From Sulfurospirillum sp. (GTDB lineage Bacteria; Campylobacterota; Campylobacteria; Campylobacterales; Arcobacteraceae), in NCBI GenBank assembly GCA_030491005.1, contig JAKZMJ010000023.1, positions 17,029 through 81,028 on the forward strand: 64,000 bases of DNA, written 5' to 3'. Of the stretch, positions 49,926 to 58,482 are shown one piece after another; the first letter of the stretch is position 1, and every line of letters begins with the position of its first letter. Below the pieces are notes generated by a model. It ran no database searches. It was not told the origin of the DNA and saw only the letters and a program-made list of their open reading frames with translations. The position numbers were made by a program, and so were the translations under genes.

Positions 49926-51137
49926 TTAAATCATAATTTTTTTGCCCATTAAAGTACTTGGAATAGTGCTAACGATTTTCAAATTAATAGAAAATTTTAT
50001 ATTTGATAATTCATCTTGAAGTATTTTTTTTATATCTTTTAATAAAAAATCTTTTTTACTTTCAATGATTATATTTAAGCACTCTCCCCTTAGTTCATTT
50101 GTTTGTGAGCTAACTGTAACCAAGGCTTTTTTTATATCTTTTACATTTTCTAATATATTTTCTATTTGAACAGTTGAATATCTCTTACCTGCAAGTTTAA
50201 ATATCTGTGAGCTTCTACCTAAGAGCTTAAATTTATTTTTAAATAATTCTACATAATCAAAAGTTTGAATCAAGCCTTTGGTATGTACAAACTCTTCTTC
50301 ATAAAGTGTATGCGATACAAATTTTGATTGAACTTTTAGCTCATTTTTTTTATTGACATTCACTTTTACACTATCAAGTATGCTCCATAATGTATCGTCA
50401 TTATATTTATAAGCAATTCCTCCTGTTTCTGTTGAGCCAAATAATTGTATAATAGAAGTAGAAAATTTACCTCTAAACTCTCTTATCACATCTAAGGATA
50501 AAGGAGCAGTTGAACTTAGAAAAATAGATTTACTTAAGTTTTTACTTGTATTTATTCTATTAAGTGATTTTATATAAAGTGGAGTAGTGATAACTAAAGA
50601 ATAATCATCAATTAAATTTAATAAATCATTTGGCAAAAAATGCTCTTTAAGTACAATATCTATATCGTTTATTAAAGGATACATCAAGCCCAATAAAAAA
50701 CCATAAAAATGTATAAAAGGCACAGTTGTGATAATTCTTTTTATTTTATGTTTTGAAAATAGCTTACTTAATGTAGATATCTCACTTAGAATATTTTCTT
50801 TGGTTTTTAATGCTCCAAGGGGATTGCCTGTCGTTCCAGATGTAAATAAAAGAAAAGAAAAATCATAATCATTAAAAATATTATCATCATTTTTTTTCTC
50901 TTCAAAAGCTTTAATATTAAGTGAAGTCAATTTTTTACTTATTGATTTATTTGTGCCATCAAAAAGTATTAATTTTGAATTTGAATAATATGAAGTAAAA
51001 ATATTCAAAGCATTATTTTCTTTATTTGATGAATTTATATATGATATTTTATTTACATAGTTTTTATCATAAAATAATGCCTTATTAATAACATATTGAC
51101 TAATAGTTTGATTATCATTATAAATTTTTAATATCAT
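49926..51137 (-). CDS. Short AMP-dependent synthetase/ligase (403 aa)
   Basis: 'LLFTSGTTGNPLG', 'FGSTETGG', 'LGRSSQIFKLAGKRYS'. Confidence 0.8.
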   Translation of the reverse strand: MILKIYNDNQTISQYVINKALFYDKNYVNKISYINSSNKENNALNIFTSYYSNSKLILFDGTNKSISKKLTSLNIKAFEEKKNDDNIFNDYDFSFLLFTSGTTGNPLGALKTKENILSEISTLSKLFSKHKIKRIITTVPFIHFYGFLLGLMYPLINDIDIVLKEHFLPNDLLNLIDDYSLVITTPLYIKSLNRINTSKNLSKSIFLSSTAPLSLDVIREFRGKFSTSIIQLFGSTETGGIAYKYNDDTLWSILDSVKVNVNKKNELKVQSKFVSHTLYEEEFVHTKGLIQTFDYVELFKNKFKLLGRSSQIFKLAGKRYSTVQIENILENVKDIKKALVTVSSQTNELRGECLNIIIESKKDFLLKDIKKILQDELSNIKFSINLKIVSTIPSTLMGKKIMI

Positions 51138-51165
51138 TTATATCATCTTTTTAAATATACTAAAT

Positions 51166-51831
51166 TTATTGATGAGAAGGTCGCTCAACCATATACCCAA
51201 TACCTCTTACATTTAAGATAAAATCTTCTTTTAATACTTTTTTTACACGATTAACTTCTGCTCTTATTGTCGCATTATCTATATCATCATCATTCCATAC
51301 ATAATCTCTAAACATATTATAATTACATATTAAGCTTCTATTATTTGTTAATAATTCGATAATTTGAACTTGCCTTTTTGGAATAATTTGAGGTTCATTA
51401 TTAAAGTATAAAGTTAGTTCTTCACAATTAAAACTATAAGATTTTGATAATCTTTTATGATTCATTTTTACTTGTCTAGTTTTTAGAACCTTATCAATTC
51501 GTAAATTAAGTTCTTTTAAATGAAAAGGTTTTTTTAGATAATCATGACAGCCAATATCAAATGCTCTTGTAATATCTTCAATATCAATAAGTGCAGAAAT
51601 AAAAATCGTAGGTACCATTTTCTTTTCTTTGTGTAATTTCTCTAAGATACTTAACCCATCTATTTTGGGTACGTTAATATCTAAAATAAGAAAATCAAAA
51701 TTTGTATTATCTAAAATATCAACACATTTTTGTCCATCTTTTACAGAAGTTATGCTATGTCCTACTTTTTCTAAAAATTGCTGTATAGCTTCATTTAACA
51801 TCATATCATCTTCTAAAAGTAAAATTTTCAC
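51166..51831 (-). CDS. OmpR/PhoB-type response regulator
   Basis: 'KILLLEDD', 'DFLILDINVPKIDG', winged-helix C-terminus '..VRGIGYMV'. Confidence 0.9.
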   Translation of the reverse strand: MKILLLEDDMMLNEAIQQFLEKVGHSITSVKDGQKCVDILDNTNFDFLILDINVPKIDGLSILEKLHKEKKMVPTIFISALIDIEDITRAFDIGCHDYLKKPFHLKELNLRIDKVLKTRQVKMNHKRLSKSYSFNCEELTLYFNNEPQIIPKRQVQIIELLTNNRSLICNYNMFRDYVWNDDDIDNATIRAEVNRVKKVLKEDFILNVRGIGYMVERPSHQ

Positions 51832-53735
51832 TGTAAATACTCCTTAAATATATAAGTAAATGAAGTTATGTTTTTATTTGTTTCTAAGACAATCTCAACA
51901 TTTTCTTCATCACATATTCTTTTTACAAGATTAAGCCCTAAGCCAAAACCATCTTTAGCTTTAGCTTCTCTATAATATTCTTCAAATATTCTTTCTGGAT
52001 ATTGTATTTGCTTTGAATAACTAGAAATAATTAATTTACATGTATTGTCTTCTTTTTCTAATGAAATTAAAATATTTTTGTTTTCTAAGGTATATTTAAT
52101 AGCATTTGTTAGATTATTATCTATTATTCTTTGTAATTTAGAAGTATTAAAATAAATAAAAAGTTCGTTTTCCTTATGCTCAAAAATAAATCTTGTATTA
52201 AATTTATTTGCAACTTGAAGAAAAAAATCAATTCTACTTCTTATAAAATCAACTAAATCAACTTCTAATTTTGGATATGAAATTTGATCTTTTTTAACCA
52301 AATAAGACAAATCATCATAAATAGAAAATATATTTTTTAATGCAACTTCAATATTAGACAAGTATTTATTTTTTCCATTTTCCATTTCATATAGTTCAAT
52401 ATTACTCATAATCACAGCTAAGGGAGTATTTGTTTCATGTACTGCATATCTTAAAAATTCTTTTTGAGATTTTAGAAGATTATTTGAATAATTTTTTTCT
52501 TCTTCTAATTTTTTTGATTGTTCTTGATAATCAATTACACTTCTTTGAATAAGATGAGTTAATGACTGTACAGTTTTAACATAAGAAATTTTATTGTGTC
52601 CTATTTGTTTATTTGTTATTTCTATATTTTTAGTATTTGTATTAGTATTTTCGCTTAAACTAACAAATGTTAATGTTTGATTTAATAATTCATTACGATC
52701 AACATTGTGATAAAACTCAGCATAAGTAAAAAATCCAACACTAGTAGCTATATTAGCAAAGGGTTCTATTTCTACTTTTATTAGATTTTGCATATATCTT
52801 CTTCTTGCCATACAAGAATAAATAAAAAATGTCTCAGTATTTAGACTATGTATATTTTCAATATATTTTATAGGATTTTCCATAAGCATTTGAGCATTTG
52901 CAAAACCTAGTTTAACTATATCACCTTTAAATAAATTTCCACCACAACTAAGTGATCCATCATCATACTTAGTTAAAACTGCCCTTGCTACATAAATGTT
53001 ATTTTTCTTAACTATTAAAGGATATTCAGCTTGAACAAAAGATGTACCTAGATATTTTTCATAAAATTCTTGAGCACTCATACCTGAGATTTTATATATT
53101 CTATTTCCTACAACTTCATCAATCGTATGCCCAACACCAATAGGAAGCCAATCAAATTTTTGAGCATTGCTTACTTTTAAAATATCAGAATTTAAAGATA
53201 TAGCAACGGCACCTTTAGAAATGACATTATTACTTAAAGATATATATGTTTGTTTAAACATTCCATTATCTCCTGCCATTCCTCCACAAACCATAATTTT
53301 ATTATTATACTTTTCTATGCCTTTTAGATATTCTTCTGCATTTGTAGATGTGCCATCTGTAAAAGTAATAATTAATTTAGTATTAGAAGTTATGACATTT
53401 TTTGCCATTTCATAACCACTAGAAAAAGGATCCTTGTCTTCTATGATATGTGATTTTAAAAATGTAAATTGAAAAACAGAAATCGCTATTATTGTTTTAA
53501 GCGTTGAAACTTTTTCATTATTAATCTCACCATCAGTTGTAGTGCCTATACAAAAAGCTTCTGGAAGTTGTTTTTGTATCTCATTTGATATAAATGCTAA
53601 AGTACTTTGATTATGTCCACAAAAAATCTGAACAAGAATATTCTTTTCATTGATAAATAAGTGATATTCAATTTTTTTTTTGAAATTATTATTATGAAAT
53701 GTATAGGTATATGTTTTCATTAGAAATTGTATCAT
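51828..53735 (-). CDS. Sensor histidine kinase with N-terminal FIST sensor domains
   Basis: FIST-like N-terminal ~370 aa ('CIGTTTDGEI', 'GGMAGD', 'FFTYAEF'). HisKA 'AVHETNTPLAVI'. HATPase 'DGFGLGLNLVK'. No TM helix is evident. Confidence 0.8.
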   Translation of the reverse strand: MIQFLMKTYTYTFHNNNFKKKIEYHLFINEKNILVQIFCGHNQSTLAFISNEIQKQLPEAFCIGTTTDGEINNEKVSTLKTIIAISVFQFTFLKSHIIEDKDPFSSGYEMAKNVITSNTKLIITFTDGTSTNAEEYLKGIEKYNNKIMVCGGMAGDNGMFKQTYISLSNNVISKGAVAISLNSDILKVSNAQKFDWLPIGVGHTIDEVVGNRIYKISGMSAQEFYEKYLGTSFVQAEYPLIVKKNNIYVARAVLTKYDDGSLSCGGNLFKGDIVKLGFANAQMLMENPIKYIENIHSLNTETFFIYSCMARRRYMQNLIKVEIEPFANIATSVGFFTYAEFYHNVDRNELLNQTLTFVSLSENTNTNTKNIEITNKQIGHNKISYVKTVQSLTHLIQRSVIDYQEQSKKLEEEKNYSNNLLKSQKEFLRYAVHETNTPLAVIMSNIELYEMENGKNKYLSNIEVALKNIFSIYDDLSYLVKKDQISYPKLEVDLVDFIRSRIDFFLQVANKFNTRFIFEHKENELFIYFNTSKLQRIIDNNLTNAIKYTLENKNILISLEKEDNTCKLIISSYSKQIQYPERIFEEYYREAKAKDGFGLGLNLVKRICDEENVEIVLETNKNITSFTYIFKEYLQ

Positions 53736-53920
53736 AAAAGAATAGACTTAAACTTTTTTAAGCACTTCTTGTCATTATTTTTAATATATTTACTTTTTTT
53801 TACAAAGCATATAAGCTCAGAAATATATTAGGGGCTATATAGTACAATACTTGAACTTTATACAAATGGGAGTGCTAAGTTAATAAGATTATAAGAAACT
53901 ATCAAACAAAGGCAAAGAAG

Positions 53921-54370
53921 ATGAAACCAAAGTTGTTTATATTAATAATAATTACATTCCTATTTACAGGATGTTTTAAAGGGGAAGAACAAATATACCA
54001 TGGAAAACGAAGCTACAGTAAAGATGGTAAAAATACAGTAAAAGATAATCTTACTGGTTTAATATGGCAAAAAACTGGAAGTAAAAATAGTATGAACTTA
54101 AATGATGCAAAAAAATATTGTTCAAGCCTAAGCTTAGATACTTATACAAATTGGCGATTAGCATCTTTTAATGAGTTATATTATTTAGCAGATAGAACAA
54201 AAATAAATCCAGCTATAGATGAAAAATATTTTGAAGAAAGTGGTGACTGGTACTGGAGCAGTACTACAAAAAGTTCAGATTCTTCTAAGGCTTGGGTCGT
54301 GAATTTTGATAGTGGTTTCTCTAATAACATAAGTATATTAAGTAATTATTCTGTTCGTTGTGTGCGTTAG
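53921..54370 (+). CDS. DUF1566 (Lcl C-terminal-like) lipoprotein
   Basis: Lipobox 'LFTGC', 'TGLIWQKTG', 'NWRLASFNEL', 'YWSSTT', 'AWVVNFDSG', C-terminal 'VRCVR'. Confidence 0.8.
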   Translation: MKPKLFILIIITFLFTGCFKGEEQIYHGKRSYSKDGKNTVKDNLTGLIWQKTGSKNSMNLNDAKKYCSSLSLDTYTNWRLASFNELYYLADRTKINPAIDEKYFEESGDWYWSSTTKSSDSSKAWVVNFDSGFSNNISILSNYSVRCVR

Positions 54371-54502
54371 GTTTTGATAGCTTTTTTTGATTTTAAAAGT
54401 TCTTTCAATAAGTTTGATGAGCTATAATCTAAGTTGTGTAGAAGATAGTAAAACAATCTTAAAATGCTTCTAGTTATAAGCTAATAAAAATTTAAATATG
54501 GA

Positions 54503-54904
54503 GTGTCGGAGATGACAAAAAAAATATGTTTAGGCTTGTTTCTTTTAGTAAATGTATATGCAAGTGATATAGTAATAGATAAAGACACAGATATGATGTG
54601 GCAAGATAGTAGTAAGATAGTAGAAAAGAACTATAATGATGCTGTAAAATACTGTAAAAATTTATCATTAGGTGGTTATGATAATTGGAAACTTCCAAAT
54701 ATAGATGAACTTATGAGTATAAGTGATAAGAGTAGGAATAATCCTGCTATTAAAAAGATATTTCAAAATACCAAAAATTCTTTTTATTGGTCAAGTAGTA
54801 AATATAAAGGCGATTCTTCGGATGCTTGGCTTGTGAATTTCGATTTTGGAAGTGATCACTACTTCGGTATGTCAGATAAGCTTTATGTTCGTTGTATGCG
54901 TTAG
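54503..54904 (+). CDS. DUF1566 secreted protein (paralogue)
   Basis: Signal peptide, 'DMMWQDSS', 'NWKLPNIDEL', 'YWSSS', 'AWLVNFDFG', 'VRCMR'. Confidence 0.8.
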   Translation: MSEMTKKICLGLFLLVNVYASDIVIDKDTDMMWQDSSKIVEKNYNDAVKYCKNLSLGGYDNWKLPNIDELMSISDKSRNNPAIKKIFQNTKNSFYWSSSKYKGDSSDAWLVNFDFGSDHYFGMSDKLYVRCMR

Positions 54905-55491
54905 ATTTGGACAGTTTTTTTAAAAATATAACTTTTGATATAAATGCTGATTTTGTAAATAAATGTGAAGTATTTATTGAGCTTCTTCAAAAGTGGGGCA
55001 AAGTACATAATTTAAGTGCGCAGTTAAAAACAAATGAGATTGAAGACAATATCATTGATTGTATTTATCCTTTGAATTTTGTTCATACTTTTAAAAGTCT
55101 TGCAGATGTAGGTACGGGAGCTGGTTACCCTGGTTTGATACTAGCAATGGCGAAGTCAAATGTAAAAGTGTATTTAATAGAACCAAGAATAAAAAGAGTG
55201 GCATTTTTGAATTTTGTTAAAAATACTTTAAAGCTTGATAATGTAGAAATATTATGTAATAAAGTTGAAGATATACAAAATATAAAAGTAGATTTAATAA
55301 GCTCACGAGCAGTTACAAATACACAAATGCTTTTAAAACTTACAAAAAATATTTCTAAAAGTGATACTTCATATTTATTTTATAAAGGAAGTATGCTAAC
55401 AAATGAGCTAGAAGAAGCTAAAATCAAAAACTATAAAATAGTAAACAAAGATAAAAGAAATTATTTATATATAAAGGCAGAGCAGTTATGA
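54892..55491 (+). CDS. rsmG: 16S rRNA (guanine527-N7)-methyltransferase
   Basis: 'LADVGTGAGYPGLILAM', 'YLIEPRIKRVAFL'. Non-ATG start (TTG at 54892 or 54907), position uncertain. Confidence 0.85.
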   Translation: MYALDLDSFFKNITFDINADFVNKCEVFIELLQKWGKVHNLSAQLKTNEIEDNIIDCIYPLNFVHTFKSLADVGTGAGYPGLILAMAKSNVKVYLIEPRIKRVAFLNFVKNTLKLDNVEILCNKVEDIQNIKVDLISSRAVTNTQMLLKLTKNISKSDTSYLFYKGSMLTNELEEAKIKNYKIVNKDKRNYLYIKAEQL

Positions 55492-55745
55492 TTAAAATTT
55501 TAGTAGTTATAGGAGTTTTATTTTTGCTTTATAAAGTGTTATTTAAAAAACCAAATAACAATAGATCTAATAATGCATCTAATAATCCATCTTTTAAAGA
55601 AGATGAACTGAAAGAAGAAATAATGCTAGAGTGTTTTACTTGTAATATCTTAGTTTCACAAAATGAAGCTATTTTAGATAATAAAGCATATTTTTGCTCA
55701 CAAGAATGTATAGATAAAAGGAATGAAGATGTTAATAATAGGTGA
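55488..55745 (+). CDS. Small membrane-anchored protein with C-terminal zinc-ribbon-like Cys motif
   Basis: N-terminal TM helix. 'CFTCNILV...YFCSQEC'. Confidence 0.5.
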   Translation: MIKILVVIGVLFLLYKVLFKKPNNNRSNNASNNPSFKEDELKEEIMLECFTCNILVSQNEAILDNKAYFCSQECIDKRNEDVNNR

Positions 55746-56100
55746 TGAAAATATACCTTATGAAACTTTTACAAAAATTACTAATATAAACGATATTACA
55801 AATACTAAGTCTAATAGTACAGTGCTTTTTACTTATGATATTAGCTTAATAAAATATACAAAAAAGAATGATATTAATACTGCTGTGCTTATAAAAGATG
55901 TAAAAGAAGCTATTTATTGTAATGCTTTAGATGTTAGATATATAATTTGTGAAAAAAACATAGCCCAAGAAATACAAAACTTAGCAGATAATTATATCTT
56001 TGATTCTAAAATTTTAGCTCTTATAACTTCTAATAATGAATTTGAAGATATAGCCCAAAAAGAAATTGACGGAGTTATTTATGAAAGTGTAGTAGAATGA
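55723..56100 (+). CDS. Hypothetical protein (125 aa)
   Basis: Track ORF, co-directional and overlapping its neighbours. No motif recognised. Confidence 0.45.
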   Translation: MKMLIIGDENIPYETFTKITNINDITNTKSNSTVLFTYDISLIKYTKKNDINTAVLIKDVKEAIYCNALDVRYIICEKNIAQEIQNLADNYIFDSKILALITSNNEFEDIAQKEIDGVIYESVVE

Positions 56101-56279
56101 AAACTATCTTAGATATTTTTGTATTATTATTATTTGTATTTATGATTTTCATGTTCATTGTTGGATTTAATAAACAACAAATTAATAAACGCAAAGATAA
56201 GATGAAAGACTTGCACATTAAAAATGATAGAAGTGACAGAAATAATATAAATGATAAAAAGGAAACAAAAGATGAATAA
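56097..56279 (+). CDS. Small membrane protein (60 aa)
   Basis: One TM helix plus a charged tail. Overlaps the glyS start. Confidence 0.35.
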   Translation: MKTILDIFVLLLFVFMIFMFIVGFNKQQINKRKDKMKDLHIKNDRSDRNNINDKKETKDE

Positions 56280-58287
56280 ACCACTATTAATAGAAATAGG
56301 AGTAGAAGAGCTTCCTGCAATTCCTTTTTTAAAAGAATTAAAAAATATCAAAAAAAAGTGGTCAGATATTTTAGATAAAAACAAACTATCTTGTGAATTT
56401 GAATTTTTTTATACTCCAAGAAAGTTAGTACTTTGGCATAAAACATTTACTTTATCACAAGAAGACACTTGTGTAGAAATGTTTGGAGCTCCTATTAGCA
56501 TAGCTTATAAAGATGGTAAAGCTACAGGTGCAGCTTTAGGTTTTGCTAAAAAATGTGGTGTTGATTTGAATGCTTTAGAAACAAAAAAGATGCCAAAAGG
56601 TGAAGTCTTATATTTTAAGCAAGAAAAAAAAGGTCTTTTATCTAAAGATTTATTAAATGATATGATAAATGAATTTATATCGTCTTTAAATTTTGGTAAA
56701 ACTATGAGATGGGCTAATAGAAAAGATAGCTTTATAAGACCTATTAGAAACTTGGCTATACTTTTAGGTGATGAGGTGATTAATGCCACATTATTTGGAG
56801 TAAAATCATCAAATAATACGTATGTGCATAGAATGGTTTCATTTAAGCCTTTGTCTATTAATGATGGAAATGATTATTTTAAGATATTAGAAGATGGTGC
56901 TATTATCTTAAATCAAACACAAAGAAAAGAACTGATTTTAGAACAAATAAAACAAATTGAAAATAAGCACAATATTACTGTTGAATTAGATAAAACTTTA
57001 TTAGATGAGATTGTTTGTATCACAGAATACCCAACAGCTTTAGTGGGTTCTTTTGATGAAGCATTTTTAGAACTTCCAAAAGAAGTTATTATAACTTCTA
57101 TGAAAGAACATCAAAGGTATTTTGCAGTTTATAAAAATGATATTTTAACGAATAATTTTATAGTAGTATCAAATGCAAAGACACAAGACTTTTCACTAAT
57201 TATTGCAGGTAATGAAAAAGTTTTAAAACCAAGATTAGCAGATGCTATGTTTTTTTATAAGAATGATTTAAAAACTGGACTTAATAATGAAGGTCTTAAA
57301 AAAGTATTATTTGTCGATGGTTTAGGAAGTATGTATGAAAAGCTTCAAAGAGAAGATAAAATAGCACAATATTTAGCAAAAATATACAAAATAGAAAATA
57401 GCATTTTATTAAGCAAAGCAGTGTTTTTATCAAAAGCTGATCTTATGTCTGAAATGGTATATGAATTTACGGAACTTCAAGGACTTATGGCTTATTATTA
57501 TGCTAAAGGTGCAGGTGAAGAAAAAGAAGTATATATAGCTTTAAAAGAACAATACTTACCAGATGCAAAAGATGCACAATTACCCACATCTGTATTTTCA
57601 AGTATAGTTGCACTTTCATATAAATTAGATACATTAATGGGTTTATTTAGTATAAACAAAATACCAACAGGTTCAAAAGACCCATTTGCTTTAAGACGAG
57701 CTGCCTTAGGAATTGTTAAAATTTGTATTGCTCATAATTTAGAATTTAATTTATCAAATCTTATTGATACTTTAGGATCTTCTTACAAAGGCTTAGATAA
57801 AAAACTATTATTAGACTTTTTTAATGAAAGATTATTTACTATATTTGATGTAAATCCTTCAGTTTTAAAAGCAGTTTTAAAAAGTGGTGAATTAGATATA
57901 TTAAATATATCAAAGAAAATAAATGCACTTAATCCTGTAGTTTTAGACCCTTTGTTTAAAAAGTATTCTTCTACATTTAAAAGACTTGCAAATATTATAA
58001 AAGATATAAATACAAATGAACATCTAACATTAGATGAAAATTTATTTGAAGATGAAGCTGAAAAAACTTTATATAAAAAATATACTCAAATTACAAATAT
58101 GAAGTTTAAAACATATGAAGAAGAATTAGAAGCTCTTTTTGCATTAAAACCTTATTTGGATGATTTTTTTGATAAAGTATTTGTAAATCATGAAAATCAA
58201 GAAATCAAAATAAATAGAAAAAATCTAATTGCTATGATATACAATGCTTTTAGAAATATAGCTGATATTAAAGAAATCACGGTATAA
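56272..58287 (+). CDS. glyS: Glycine--tRNA ligase beta subunit
   Basis: Start set at 'MNKPLLIEIGVEELPA' (ATG 56272, RBS AAGGA upstream). 671 aa. Confidence 0.9.
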   Translation: MNKPLLIEIGVEELPAIPFLKELKNIKKKWSDILDKNKLSCEFEFFYTPRKLVLWHKTFTLSQEDTCVEMFGAPISIAYKDGKATGAALGFAKKCGVDLNALETKKMPKGEVLYFKQEKKGLLSKDLLNDMINEFISSLNFGKTMRWANRKDSFIRPIRNLAILLGDEVINATLFGVKSSNNTYVHRMVSFKPLSINDGNDYFKILEDGAIILNQTQRKELILEQIKQIENKHNITVELDKTLLDEIVCITEYPTALVGSFDEAFLELPKEVIITSMKEHQRYFAVYKNDILTNNFIVVSNAKTQDFSLIIAGNEKVLKPRLADAMFFYKNDLKTGLNNEGLKKVLFVDGLGSMYEKLQREDKIAQYLAKIYKIENSILLSKAVFLSKADLMSEMVYEFTELQGLMAYYYAKGAGEEKEVYIALKEQYLPDAKDAQLPTSVFSSIVALSYKLDTLMGLFSINKIPTGSKDPFALRRAALGIVKICIAHNLEFNLSNLIDTLGSSYKGLDKKLLLDFFNERLFTIFDVNPSVLKAVLKSGELDILNISKKINALNPVVLDPLFKKYSSTFKRLANIIKDINTNEHLTLDENLFEDEAEKTLYKKYTQITNMKFKTYEEELEALFALKPYLDDFFDKVFVNHENQEIKINRKNLIAMIYNAFRNIADIKEITV

Positions 58288-58482
58288 ACTTTGTTTAAAA
58301 AGAGATAATATTATGTATGAGGAATGGTCAAGAAGTTTATATTATTCATTTCTCAAATTTGTTTCACTTAAAAAATATTTCTTAAAATATAAATTATTAC
58401 AGATTTGGTGTTCTATCACATAACTTATTAATTGGTCTAATTTAGCTAAAATATCTAATATTAAATTATTAAGGATAATATT

